Shown piece after piece: positions 14,121 to 26,635 of a stretch of 64,000 nucleotides of DNA (positions are counted from its first letter, which is position 1; every line of letters starts with the position of its first letter). The notes below the pieces were generated by a model, which did no database searches, had not been told where the DNA came from, and saw only the letters and a list, made by a program, of their open reading frames with translations. Source of the DNA: Octopus vulgaris (lineage: Eukaryota); the NCBI GenBank assembly GCA_951406725.2, contig OX597827.1, positions 17,484,001 through 17,548,000 on the forward strand, in the 5' to 3' direction. The position numbers and the translations under genes are program-made.

Positions 14121-16073
14121 TCATCTGATGGAACTGCGGCCATGAGACCGGAGGTGGCTGGTGAGGCCAATCCGGGCAAGGAAGCCCCTCCCACAGGTGG
14201 GGCAGAAGTGGGTAGGAGCCGTGCTACTGCTGCAGGCGGCTCTGGCTTTACGCATCTGACGTTTCTGCTCCGCTGACCGAATCCGTCCCTCCTCGGCTGT
14301 CCCTGCTCCCACGGTGATTGCGCTGCGCCAGGATGAGCGGTTGGCAGCAAGTGTCTCCCAGGTCTCTGTTCCGATGGAGAAGTCTTTGAGAGAGACCTTG
14401 AGACTATCCTTGTAGCTATTCTCCTGCCCTCTGACTTTGCGCCTGCCCTGGCCGAGTTCACCGTAGAAGAGCTGTTTTGGGATGCGAGTGTCGGACATGC
14501 GGGAGACGTGGCCCGCCCATCTCAGCTGGGCCTTGCGCATGATTGTGATGGTGCTAGGGAGATCTGCCTGCTTCAGAACTTCCGTGTCTGGGACTTTGTC
14601 CTGCCAGCGGATGTGAAGGAGGTTCCGAAGACACCTGAGATGGAAGTGGTTTATCTGGCGCTCGTGCCTTCGGTAAGCAGTCCACGTCTCGCAGCCGTAT
14701 AGTAGGGTGGTAAGCACGACTACCCGGTAGACTTTCAGCTTGGTGTTGAGGCTGATTCCTCTCCGCTCCCAGACTTTCTTTCGCAGTCTCCCAAACGCGC
14801 TGCTTGCCTTGGAGAATCTGTTGGTGGTTTCAGCATCTATGTTGGCATTGCAGGAGAGAGTGCTCCCCAGGTAAGTGAAGTTTTCCACCACTCGTAGGAT
14901 CCGTCCGTTCACCCTTATCTGAGGCTCATGGTATTGTTTGTCGGGGGCTGGCTGAAACATCACTTCGGTTTTCTTGGCACTGATGGTGAGACCGAAGTTG
15001 TCACAGGCTGATGAGAACCTGTCCATCTCGAGCTGCATCTCCTGCTCATCGATTGCATTAAGGGCGCAGTCGTCAGCAAAGAGAAAGTCTCTGACGACTG
15101 TCTCCCTCACCTTTGTGACAGCCTGCAATCTTATGGAGTTGAAAAGTTTCCCGTCTGTCCTGTACTTGATGTCGATACCGGACTTGCAGTCCCTAAAGGC
15201 GTCGGACAACATTGCCGAGAATATGATGCTGAACAGTGTTGGGGCCAGGACACAGCCCTGCCTGACTCCGTTGGTCACCTGGAAGGCTTCAGATGAGTTG
15301 CCGTCTTCAAGGACTCTGGCTGTCATTCCGTCGTGGAACTGGCGGACAATTGCAATAAATTTGCTGGGGCAACCAAATTTTCCCATGACCTTCCATAGTC
15401 CCTCCCGACTGACTGTATCAAAGGCCTTGGTGAGGTCAACAAAGGTCATGCAGAGGTCAAGGTGCTGCTCCATGCATTTCTCCTGGAGCTGGCGGGCGGC
15501 GAATATCATGTCAGTGGTCCCTCGACCCGCGCGGAAGCCACACTGGCTCTCAGGGAGAAGGCCTTGCTCCAAGTGTTCCAGAAGGCGGTCAAGCAGGACC
15601 CGGGCCAGGATCTTGCCTGCTATGGACAAGAGGGAGATACCTCGGTGGTTGTCGCAGGACTGCCGATCTCCTTTCCGCTTATAAATGTGGACGATTGTTG
15701 CGTCCCGGAAATCTTGAGGGAGTTGTTCCCTGTCCCACATCGACTGGAACAGGCTGGTGAGCTGACTGATCATGGTGGGGCCGCCCGACTTGAACACCTC
15801 TGCAGGGATGGCGTCAGAGCCTGGAGCTTTGCCGGTGGACATTTTTTTGATGGCTCTGCTCACTTCCTCGACTGCAGGGGGAACAGCCAACTCGTGGTCT
15901 GTCGGCACCTGGGGGAGTCGTGCGATGGCTTCCTCGTTGATCTGGGCTGGTCGGTTGAGCACGATGTTGAAATGCTCCGCCCATCTCTCCAGAATCAGCC
16001 TCTTGTTAGTCAGGAGTGAGGTTCCATCCGAGCTGAGCAGGGGGGGTTGATCCAAAGGAGAACTGCGGTCCAT
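14121..16073 (-). pseudogene. RTE reverse transcriptase region with C-terminal C2H2 finger (out of frame with the upstream ORF)
   Basis: Motifs KAPGSDAIPAE, RGISLLS, QCGFR, FVDLTKAFD, GVRQGCVLAP, FLFADD, FTYLGS and CPTCGRGF..HLRSH. There is a +1 frameshift in the C-run near 16040. Confidence 0.93.
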
Positions 16074-16635
16074 AGACAGCTTTCAGCGCCTCGTAGAATT
16101 TCTTGGTGTCGTGTTTGTCTGCGTATCCCTGAATCTCATCCGCCTTGGCGCTTAACCATGCGTCTTGCTGCGAATGTTGTTGAAAGCGGCCTTCTTTGCC
16201 GTGCAGGTGGTGTCATTTTGGTGAGCCCGCAGCAGACGGCGTTTCTCTTCCAGGAGCTTTTGGATTTCCTGGTCGTTTTCGTCGAACCAGTCCTGGTGGT
16301 TCCTCGTAACTTGGCCCAGAGTTTCAAGGGCGATGGAATGAACCGTGTCCCTGAATGATTCCCACTGCTCATCGATGCTGGACTGGTCACTCCGAATGTC
16401 CAACAGCTTGCTGTCCATACGTGACTGGAGATCTTGTGCAGTCAGCTGGTTCTTTAATTTCGTGATGTTAAGCTTCCTCGTCACTTTCTGACCCTGTGGT
16501 CTTCTCTTAGGTCGGATGTAGAAATCCATCCTGGAGATGATGAGGCGATGGTCCGTCCAGCAGTCAGCTCCGCACATGGCTTTGACCAGTCTCACGTCCC
16601 GCCTGTCTTTCGCCCTGACGATGACGTATGTATCA
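16074..16635 (-). pseudogene. RTE endonuclease C-terminus and linker (disrupted)
   Basis: YVIVR..CWTDHRLI..HQDWFDEND, then a deletion near 16165 before QDAWLSAKADEIQ..FYEALKAVYGP. Confidence 0.85.
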
Positions 16636-17422
16636 GATGCCAGTGTTTGGAGCGTGGATGCATCCATGATGTCTTGTTGCGTGTTGGCAGACGGAACAAG
16701 ATGTTGGCGATGGTAAGATCATGAGAGGCACACGCACGCAGGAGGAGCTGCCCGTTGCTGTTGCACTTTCCGATTCCTTGCTTTCCCAGTACGCGATGCC
16801 AGGCTTGGTGGTCAGACCCGACACGGGCGTTAAAATCCCCAAGGAGGATGAGCTTCCGAGGCTGGGCTGACGTGATGAGGGAGTCGAGTTCCTCATAGAA
16901 CCTGTCCTTAACTTCTTCAGGGTTGGTCATGGTGGGGGCGTAAGCACTGATGATGGTCGCACTAGTCTTGTTTCCAAGTGGGAGCTGCATCTTCATCAGC
17001 CGATCGTTGATACCCTCGGGGGGGCTTTCCAGTTTCCGCACGTGTACTGACTTAATGGCAAAACCAACACCAGCCTCACGACGCTCTTCGCTGCTGCGAC
17101 CACTCCAAAAGAAAGTGTAGCCGCCGCCTGTCTCTGTCAGCTGGCCTTTGTCCGCAAGGCGGGTCTCGTTCAGTGCTGCAATATCGACATTGTATCGGCT
17201 CAGTTCTCTGGCCACCAGGGCAGTTCGTCTCTCTGGTCTGTTCGCTTTGGTGTTGTCAAGCAGAGTTCTCACGTTCCAAGTTGCGAAAGTGAGCACCTTT
17301 GTTTGTTTTCTTCTTTCTTTGTTTCGACCGCTTGGAAAGGATCCCCGCCAGCCGCGGTTTGCTGACCAGTGTGAGGTGAGGCAGGCTATGCTTAGGGCAA
17401 CCTTTTCTAGCCCCGTCCTCAT
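16592..17422 (-). pseudogene. RTE apurinic-like endonuclease domain
   Basis: Motifs ATWNVRTL, DIAALNETR, GVGFAI, ISAYAPT, LGDFNARVG and SWMHPRSKHWHLI. Frameshift near 16635. Confidence 0.92.
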
Positions 17423-18242
17423 GGTGGGGAGGCGAGCAGAGCGATCCTGAAGAGGGCTGCTCGGTCACTCAGGAGGCTGCCGGACTCCACTGCTGCCTCA
17501 GTTCAGTGAGGGGCGACCACATGTCCTGAGCCGCCTGTGTGTGGGTTCACGACTGCAGCTCCCAGTGTATCCTCACCTGCTACTTCGCCGTTTCCCCATC
17601 GCCACAGGACTTTGGGATGGTGTCATGACGTCATGATGTCGTGACATGCGCGTGAATTGGATTATAGTGAGGGTGACTTGCGCAGGATCAGCCTCACTCT
17701 CTCGTCCTGGTGCGCCGGATCCAGTGGAAAGACAAAGTCAAGACGACTGGGGGTAGACCAAGATGCAGGAGCTGCCGGAAGGTGGCACGCATGGCGCAAT
17801 CCAACCGCCTTAGGGGCTCCACTCCGGATTTTGGATGGCCATTGACTCGTGAGAGAGTTCCTCTGCCCTTTGACAGGTTTTGTTTTTAGTCCTGCTGGGT
17901 GTCCAAATCACCCTCCTCACCAAGAAATCTTGGTGGGGTTGCCAGTTTAGTCGCCAACGACCCGACCATGTAACAGGTTGTACTGGGTTACATGTTACCA
18001 GTAGCTCCAAGCGGAGACCTGACATAATACATACATACATACATACATACACACATACATGAAATATATATATGCATATAGACGACCGGCTTCTTGCAGT
18101 TTGCGTCTACCAAATCCACTCTCAAGGCTTTGTCTCACCCGAGGCTATAGAAGACACTTGCCCAAGGTGCCACGCAGTGGAACTGAACCCGGAACCATGT
18201 AGTTCGTAAGCAAGCTACTTACCACAAAGCCACTCTTGCGCC

Positions 18243-18283
<41 letters not shown>

Positions 18284-18287
<4 letters not shown>

Positions 18288-18502
18288 CTTTACTGCCCAG
18301 AAGGGGCTAAACATAGAGGGGACAAACAAGGACAGACGAAGGGATTGAGTCGATTATATCGCCCCCAGCGCTAAACTGGTACTTTATTTATCGACTCCGA
18401 AACGATGAAAGGCAAAGTTGACCTCGGCGGAATTTGAACTCAGAACGTAACGACAGACGAAATACCACTAATCATTTCGCCCGGCACGCTAACGTGTCTG
18501 CC

Positions 18503-18503
<1 letters not shown>
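18284..18503 (-). mobile_element. SINE family C (gagttcaaattccgccgaggtcgactttgcc core)
   Basis: Related copies at about 8170, 9603, 10495, 10785, 30262, 31484, 34720, 40010, 49843 and 53038. Confidence 0.78.
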
Positions 18504-18593
<90 letters not shown>

Positions 18594-18605
18594 TACATAC
18601 ATACG

Positions 18606-18638
<33 letters not shown>

Positions 18639-18952
18639 AAATATATATGTTATACATTACATTCTGCGGATTCTCGATAAGAAATTTGCTCCACCGTTTA
18701 ATCATTTTCAGGTATTTATTGATATATGTGTGTGTATTTCTGTGGGCGCGTGTGTTTGTGTGTGGGTGTTTGTGTCTTTCTGTCTCTTTATCTGCCTGAC
18801 TGTATGAATTATGCATCTAATTCTCTACTTGTGCTCTTGTGCATGTATGTATATATACATATGTATTTGTGTGTGTGTGTGTGTGTCTGTGTGTGTTTAT
18901 GTATGTATATATATATATATATATATATATACGTGTATGTATATAACTATAG

Positions 18953-18984
<32 letters not shown>

Positions 18985-19058
18985 TTATGTTTGCATGTAT
19001 GTACATGTAAGCATATTGATACATCCTAACGCACATACAAACGGGAAATATAACTTAC

Positions 19059-19125
19059 CGTCGAATGCTTCAGATGTCAGCACAGACGCAGCTAGAAAGC
19101 AGAAAACAATGCTTAACGAGTTCAT
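19059..19125 (-). CDS. First coding exon (signal peptide) of unit-1 gene
   Basis: ATG at 19125 gives MNSLSIVFCFLAASVLTSEAFD plus one G, then donor GTAAGT at 19058. Hydrophobic core and S-E-A cleavage motif. Spliced product is 122 aa. Confidence 0.82.
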
Positions 19126-19162
19126 ACTGAGAGCAGTGTTGATTGTATTCGAACCAATGGAC

Positions 19163-19212
19163 GAATGATGGATAACGATGCGATTATAACTGTATTTATA
19201 ATAGTTACGCAA
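19163..19212 (-). promoter_or_regulatory. Core promoter: TATA box, Inr-like TCATTC and bZIP-like site
   Basis: TATAAATA at 19200-19193, TCATTC at 19168-19163 and TTGCGTAA at 19212-19205. All are conserved in unit 2. Confidence 0.62.
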
Positions 19213-20172
19213 TAATAGTTAGATTAAACAATATTAGCAGGTAATTCCTGCTAGACAAAATATAGATATGATAATATATGCAGGAGATTAATCTCGGACA
19301 GGTGAGTCAACAAAGCAGATGGTACTTTGTTGGTAATGGAGTATATACAAACACGTTGATAGATCGGTTGGGAGAAGATTTGAAGAAAACAGACGATCAG
19401 ATTGTAGTGGTTGGAGATTGAACAAAAACAGACGATAAACAGAAAGGAAAGCGAACAATGGGGAAGGAGAAACGAGGACAAATTTAAGAGTGAAGGAGAG
19501 AAAAACTGAGGTTAGGGGACCACGGGAACTAAAGTCTTTTGTAAATAATATCCCATCATGTAGTTTAAATTGTAAATAGAAAAAAAACTGTTCACGGCAT
19601 TTAACATTATATACACTAATTGATAGTTTCGAATAATTTCTTCTGCTTATTTTTGTTTTAACTGATAAAATTATTCCTGCGGGACTCTGCCTATGATTAA
19701 GTGTAGTTTTGTTACCTCGTAATGTAGTTGAGAATTTCTCATACTACAGCATTGTTTTTCGAGCACTACTGTATTTTGAACATGTGGCACTAGTCTAGAA
19801 TCTTACATTGATGTTACAGTTTACTATATAGAACTTTGCTAAAGAGTGCGGCACATGAATCAATTGCCTGTGGTGTTACACTGTGTACCATTTCATTTTA
19901 CTATACCCTTCTAGATACTGCATTGCTAATCCCTTGTACATGTGGCATTGTTATATTTTGCTACATGTGTGAGGTAAATGATCCACGAGCGGTTGCAGTT
20001 TGTTGCTGAATGTGGGTCGCAACAACTGAGTCATCTGCAAGTAAGGTGTCGCTGATAAGCGCTTTGTAGATTTTGGTTTTTCGTTTTGACATTGCAAAAA
20101 TTGTAAAGTCTGTTTTCAGATCTAATGTACAGGTAAGCTCTCCCTCTCTCTCTCACACACTCTCTCTCCCTC

Positions 20173-20228
<56 letters not shown>

Positions 20229-20571
20229 GCAATGCAAAGAACATAATGTAGGTGGTCCCGATGAAAGGTTCATCGGTCTGAAGAAGAAAAGCACCTTGAA
20301 ACAGAACCCAGAAGATTCTACATGACATGCGCACCATCGTTAATTATAAAATGGTGATTGTCCACCAATTCATCTACTATACGTTGACCATAAGTAATAA
20401 CTGTAGCAACCTCCTGTTGGATATAGAAATCTATAACAGGATTAGGAATTCAACAGCGTTCGTCGGTTTCACTAAGAATGCAAACAGCAAGCTAAAGGTT
20501 ATAAAAGACTAAACAGTAGTGAACAACAACATTACTGTTTGACCACAAGCATCAAATAGTAAGGTGTGGAT

Positions 20572-20962
20572 TTGGTTTCTTGGAAACACTCCGTCGGTTA
20601 CGACGACGAGGTTTCCGGTTGATCCGAATCAACGGAACAGCCTGCTCGTGAAATTAACGTGTAAGTGGCTGAACACTCCACAGACACGTGTACCCTTAAC
20701 GTAGTTCTCGGGGATATTCAGCATGACACAGAGAGTGACAAGGCCGGCCTTTTGAAATACAGGTACAACAGAAACAGGAAGTAAGAGTGAGAGAAGGTTG
20801 TGGTGAAAGAGTACAGCAGGGATCACCACCATCCCTGCCGGATACACGTGGAGCTTTAGGTGTTTTCGCTCAATATACACTCACAACGCCCGGTCTGGGA
20901 ATCGAAACCGCGATCCTACGACCGCGAGTCCGCTGCCCTAACCACTGGGCCATTGCGCCTCC
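20572..20962 (-). mobile_element. Full-length tRNA(Arg)-like SINE, family B, unit-1-specific insertion
   Basis: 12-bp TSD taaggtgtggat (20560-20571, 20963-20974). Empty site near 37853. tRNA head has TCG at the anticodon position. Confidence 0.88.
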
Positions 20963-21218
20963 TAAGGTGTGGATAACCTACATCAGATAGGAAAGAAGGA
21001 TTACCTTCTGAGATTATCTGAGATTTTCTCACTGAATAATAAATATATTTTAGCAAATGACCAACACTATCACTATGACTCACATTGTCCTCTCCAGCAT
21101 GTACACATTTCTTAGAAGTGCAGGCTACTGGCTGGGTTACCTCAGATGTATGGTGGATGGCTACGTGTCTAAAGACTTCCACCGTGCAAAATGATAACAG
21201 GGAGAGCATGAAAACACT

Positions 21219-21810
21219 GGGCAATCGCACCAAGTGAAGAGAGGCTCTTACAGCTGACACTGGGCGTTGGCACCAAGCGTAGAGAGGCTCTTACATCTGA
21301 CACTGGGCATTGGCACCAAGCATAGAGAGGCTCTTACATCTGACACTGGGCGTTGGCACCAAGCGTAGAGAGGCTCTTACATCTGACACCAGGCATTGGC
21401 ACCAAGCGTAGAGAGGCTGTTACATCTGACACTAGGCATTGGCACAAAGCGTAGAGAGGCTGTTACATCTGACACTAGGCATTGGCACCAAGCGTAGAGA
21501 GGCTCTTACATCTGACACTAGGCATTGGTACCAAGCGTAGAGAGGCTCTTACATCTGACACTAGGCATTGGCACCAAGCGTAGAGAGGCTCTTACATCTG
21601 ACACTAGGCATTGGCACCAAGCGTAGAGAGGCTCTTACAATGACACTAGGCACTGGCACCAAGCGTAGAGAGGCTCTTACATCTGACACTGGGCATTGGC
21701 ACCAAGGATAGAGAGGCTCTTACATCTGACACCAGGCATTGGCACCAAGCGTAAAGAGGCTCTTACATCTGACACTAGGCATTGGCACCAAGTGTAGAGA
21801 GGCTCTTACA
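21219..21810. repeat. 43-bp minisatellite, about 14 units
   Basis: Unit ggcattggcaccaagcgtagagaggctcttacatctgacacta, head-to-tail with no spacers. Confidence 0.95.
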
Positions 21811-22266
21811 CTTTATAATTAGAAAGGGAAAATAGTGGATATTGCAGCAGATAAAAAAAAAACATCGCAGAAACGACTGTTCCTACACAGACTCGGAACT
21901 TCACACAAATGAGACCTCTTCGATAATAATTGTCATTCTTACATGGGACGCTACAGCCCTGAGAAACAGACTAACAGGACGTGATAATCACAGTTAACCT
22001 TGATCGACGGGGGCGTTTAGGTTACATGATTATCTACCATATCTTATCTCTCATCGATGGTAGCCATACAGTTCAAGAAATTTTGTATACGTGTTTTATT
22101 TCGTTCACAACTTGATAGAAGTGGCATTGCCAGGTTTTAGTTTTGTGGTGGGATTATGGTTTTCTGAATAGGATATCACTACAATCTGGGACATGCAATA
22201 TCGATACGGTCTTGTATGCATATAGTATTTAGAATTCACTGGATGTTGTATTGTAATATTCCAGTA

Positions 22267-22625
22267 CTAGCACTATAACCCGGCTGCTAGTGCATGCATA
22301 TACAGCTGCGTGCGTGCGCACATACACGCGAGTACTGTCCAACTTTCCGACCAATCACATACAGCTAGCTGGCATTCAATTGACGTATCAAGTTTCGGGC
22401 ATTTTGATTGGGCTTTGGTCAGAAAATTCAAAAGTAAGTCACTTCTATTGATTTTTTAATGGCTTTGCGGGGTGATTGGAGAAATGTAAAGAAGTGCACG
22501 ACCACCCTTGGACGGTTTTGAATGACCATAGAAAGTGCGATCCCACTAACTGAAAAATTGTGGATTTGTATAAAGGACACGCACATACACACAGACAGAC
22601 ATTTTGGCGTTTATATATAGAGAGA
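22267..22625 (-). mobile_element. Non-autonomous Helitron, unit-1 specific
   Basis: Minus strand runs TCTCTCTATATATAAA...CTAG, inserted between A and T without TSD. Empty site near 40361. Confidence 0.75.
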
Positions 22626-23342
22626 TATGTGGGTCAGCTAAGAGTTCGAACATGTAGCAATTATGCATTCGCGTATATGCTTTAACTTTAACCACTTGTG
22701 TTCGACATCTTGATACTACATTTTTACATTAACAGTAGAAGAGGGCACGAGAAGGTAATAGAGATTGAGAGAAAAAACAAAACAAACAGAAATGAAAAGA
22801 AAAGGACAGAAATATTAAAATGTAGTGCTTAACAGATATGGCGAGAAGCTGAAGTTAAATACTATATTAAACAATCCACAATCAAGCGTGGCTCGCTTGT
22901 AAATAATAATTGTAAACGACAAACAATTTTCCATTTAACGTTAACTCAACTCTGTCTATTTCAATCTCATACCAACCGATGTTTACTCTCCATTAACGTA
23001 TTTGCCAATGTAAACAGATACATGTCAACTTTAGATTTCTCACGGGAAGGTTTTAATAACAAAAGATCTTCAACGAATTTTATTGAAACTTCCAATAGAG
23101 ACTAGATTTTCTAAACTTGTCAAAAATTGACTTGAGTTAAATCCTACGTTATATGTGACCCTGCTCGGAAAGATCAACAAAAAATGTATGTGATGGTGGT
23201 GCGGGGTCGGATTATATTTTTTGGCTCTCTACAGATTCATTTTATCGTTTTCGTTTAAACACTTCTTTTACTAATTGGTCATTGAACTGCTGCCATGCTG
23301 GAATACCCCGCTCGACATTTTTTTACAAAAGTATTTTTTACA

Positions 23343-23713
23343 GCGCAGGAGTGGCTGTGTGGTAAGTAACTTGCTTACTAACCACATGGTTCCGGGTTCA
23401 GTCCCACTGCGTAGTACCTTGGGCAAGTGTCTTCTACTATAGCCTCGGGCCGACCAAAGCCTTGACAGTGAAAGAAGCCCGTCGTATATATGTATATATA
23501 TGTGTGTGCGTTTGTTTGTGTGTCTGTGTTTGTCCCCCTAGCATTGCTTGTCAACCGATGCTGGTGTGTTTATGTCCCCGTCACTTAGCGATTCGGCAAA
23601 AGAGACCGATAGAATAAGTACTGGGCTTACAAAGAATAAGTCCCGGGGTCGAGTTGCTCGATTTAAGGCGGTGCTCCAGCATGGCCGCAGTCAAATGACT
23701 GAAACAAGTAAAG
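23343..23713 (+). mobile_element. SINE family A, near full length
   Basis: A box tggctgtgtgg and B box ggttcagtccc. Ortholog at 41078-41449. Confidence 0.85.
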
Positions 23714-23847
23714 ACTATATTAAACCCCATCACATCGTTCAGGCTTGTATTTGCTACATATTTTATCGAAATTATTTGAAATATATTAAAACTGTGTGCA
23801 TTTTCCTTATTTTCTTACACACACACACACGTGCGCACAAACACATT

Positions 23848-23878
<31 letters not shown>

Positions 23879-24052
23879 ACACATATATATATTTGGAATT
23901 CACAGAGTAACAAAATAAAAGACGAAGACGGGTGTGTAAACAACAAACAGATGAATTAGTTTAACGCTTGTGAAGTGAGAATGTCTTTTACGTTTCGAGC
24001 CTGCGCTCTTCAACAGAAAGGAACACAGAAATAAGCTCAGAGAGAGAAAGTA

Positions 24053-24090
<38 letters not shown>

Positions 24091-24441
24091 CTGTCTGTGT
24101 GTGTGTGCGTGTGTGGAGGCGCAATGTATATATAAGAAAGTAAGAAAATGGAAATATAGTGATGAGCAACAATTGACTTACATCAATTATTATTTATTAA
24201 TTGAATCCAAACAGACTGCATCCCATCTAACAGCTGTTTCTGCTTCCAATATTGTATGGTATAACCCTTGATATGCTAAAACTATTTATCATATTTTCCT
24301 ATAAAATCAATCTGAAACATAGTAGTACATCTGAGTGAAGAATAAATAAAAAAGAACCTAGAAAAGAAAAAGGAAAAGTTGGATATGGTTGTAATCATAC
24401 CAGTTCCAGTTTGCTTGTGTACCTCTTTGGGAGGTTCATCT

Positions 24442-24473
<32 letters not shown>

Positions 24474-24511
24474 CATACATACATACATACATACATACAT
24501 ACATACATACA

Positions 24512-24542
<31 letters not shown>

Positions 24543-24862
24543 TCGTGTGTGTGTGTGTCTCCTTGACAACCGATGTTGGTGTGTCTACGTCTCCGCGGTT
24601 CGGCAATAGAGACCGATACAATAAGTACTAGGGTGACAACAAATATGTCCTGTGATCGATTTCTTCGACTAAAGGCGGTACTCCAGCATGACCGCCGTCA
24701 AATGACTGATAGAAGTAAAAGAATAAAAGGATACACACACACACACACACACGCATATATATATATATAATAATTATATAACAACAAAAGAACGAATGAG
24801 ACATCTATATATTGTAGATAGAGGAATTTATCTATAAATATAATGTGACAATTGGTTGTCAT

Positions 24863-24923
24863 AATAAAACTCAGCGTTTCAGTTGCCGAGACTGAAGTCT
24901 CCTCCGGCATCTCATCAGTTATT
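24863..24923 (-). ncRNA. Hammerhead ribozyme motif
   Basis: aataa-CTGATGA-gatgccg..cggcaact-GAAAC-gctga-GTT-ttatt: perfect 5-bp stem I and an imperfect stem II base. Confidence 0.55.
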
Positions 24924-24944
24924 AAGACAAACAAGAACTCTTTT

Positions 24945-25338
24945 ATCCTTTTACTTGTTTCAATCATTTCTCTGCGGCTATGCTGGAGCATCGCCTTAAA
25001 GAGCTTTAGTCGAAGAAACCGACCCCTGTACTTATACATAAGCCTAGTTCTTATTCTATAGGACTTCCTTGCTGAACTGCTAAGTTCGAGGACGTAAACA
25101 CACCAGCATCAGTGTTTTCAAGTGATGGTAGGAGGACAGGCACAGGCCCAAGGGCACACACAGAGATACACACACGTATACGACGGATTTCTTTCACTTT
25201 CCGTCTACCAAATAGATTCGCAAGGCTTTGGTAAGGCAGATGCAATAGTAGAACACACAAGGTATCACGCAGTGGGACTGAAACCGGACCCATGTGGTTG
25301 GAAGGAAAGCTTCTTACCACACAACCATACCTGTGCCT
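24945..25338 (-). mobile_element. SINE family A, diverged
   Basis: Similarity to the family A body and tRNA head. Confidence 0.7.
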
Positions 25339-25363
25339 ATGAATGCGTGTGGATATATATATT

Positions 25364-25401
<38 letters not shown>

Positions 25402-25403
<2 letters not shown>

Positions 25404-25773
25404 GAAGCGCAATGGCCCAGTGGTTAGGGCAGCGGATTCGCGAAGGTCTATCGCGGTTTCGATTCCCAGACTGAGCGTTGTGAGTGTTTATTGAGCGAAA
25501 TCACCTAAAGCTCCACGGATATCCGGTAGGTGGTGGTGGTGAACCCTGTTATACTTTTTCACCACGACTTTTTCTTACACTTTCTGCTTGTTTCTGTTGA
25601 ATTTCAAAAGGCCAGCCTTGTCTCACTCTGCGTCACGCTGAATCTCCCCGAGAACTATGTTATGGGGTAGACGTGTCTGCGGAGTACTCAACCAGTTGTA
25701 CATCAATTTCACAAGCAGGGTGTTCCGTTGACTGGATCTACTGGAACTCATGTCGTCGTAACCGACGGAGTGC
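25402..25773 (+). mobile_element. SINE family B
   Basis: Head gcgcaatggcccagtggttagggcagcgg and tail gtcgtcgtaaccgacggagtg. Confidence 0.8.
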
Positions 25774-25901
25774 GATAGTCTATACATATATATATATATA
25801 TATATACATATATACATATATACATACCTGCTCACATACACACATATGAATATATTTGATATATGGATGTATGCATGCCTGTGAGCAGGCATGTACATAT
25901 G

Positions 25902-26017
<116 letters not shown>

Positions 26018-26635
26018 CACACACAAACACACTCGCACATACATGCATAAATGTATATACACATATATAGATAGATGTATACAAGATGTAAACATATACA
26101 AATTTATGAGTTTAACGTATTCATATATATATATATATATATGTATATATATGCAAATGTGGTGTGTTTATAATTTATTGTAGTATATGTTATACACGTT
26201 AAATAATAGTTCATTAGTATATCTTGGATGAACTCCCATTGTTCTGTGTTCTGTCGTCTGAAAAATACTTAAAAAGAGACATTGTCTTACGATGTTGCAA
26301 ATTACACTCTTTTGAAGAAAGGTTATTGTAGTTTGTATATTATGAAATATAAACATATTATATAAACATTTTAAGCGCTTGATGACATTATCGTTAGAGT
26401 CAACACCACCACCACCACCATAACTACCACCACTATGCAAGTTGCTGTAACGCATTAATTACAATTGTTTGTGTTGTAATATTAAATTCGAGCATTACAA
26501 GAAAATAAAAATCAGGGGATGAAATATAATGGTGGCTTTTAGAATGAAACAGGGTTTGCAATACGTTCCTCACCGTATTAGACTCAAGCAAATACGACAT
26601 GTATATGAGTGTGTATGCGTGTGTATATGCATATA

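Larger units (their letters stand above)
14087..18021 (-). mobile_element. Near full-length RTE-clade non-LTR retrotransposon (about 3.9 kb), unit-1 specific
   Basis: GC-rich island with APE and RT in one disrupted ORF. Probable TSD acataat (14080-14086, 18022-18028), within (CATA)n. Confidence 0.93.

Noticed and set aside
14508-16358. Plus-strand ORFs of 64-236 aa
   Set aside because: Antisense shadows of the GC-rich RTE coding region.
20274-20312. CTGAAGA..GAAAC hammerhead-like spacing (also near 37570 and 59668)
   Set aside because: It lacks a GUH triplet or a credible stem II.
20880-20962. tRNA-Arg genes
   Set aside because: The tRNA-like heads continue into SINE bodies, one with a clear TSD, and lack a proper acceptor stem.
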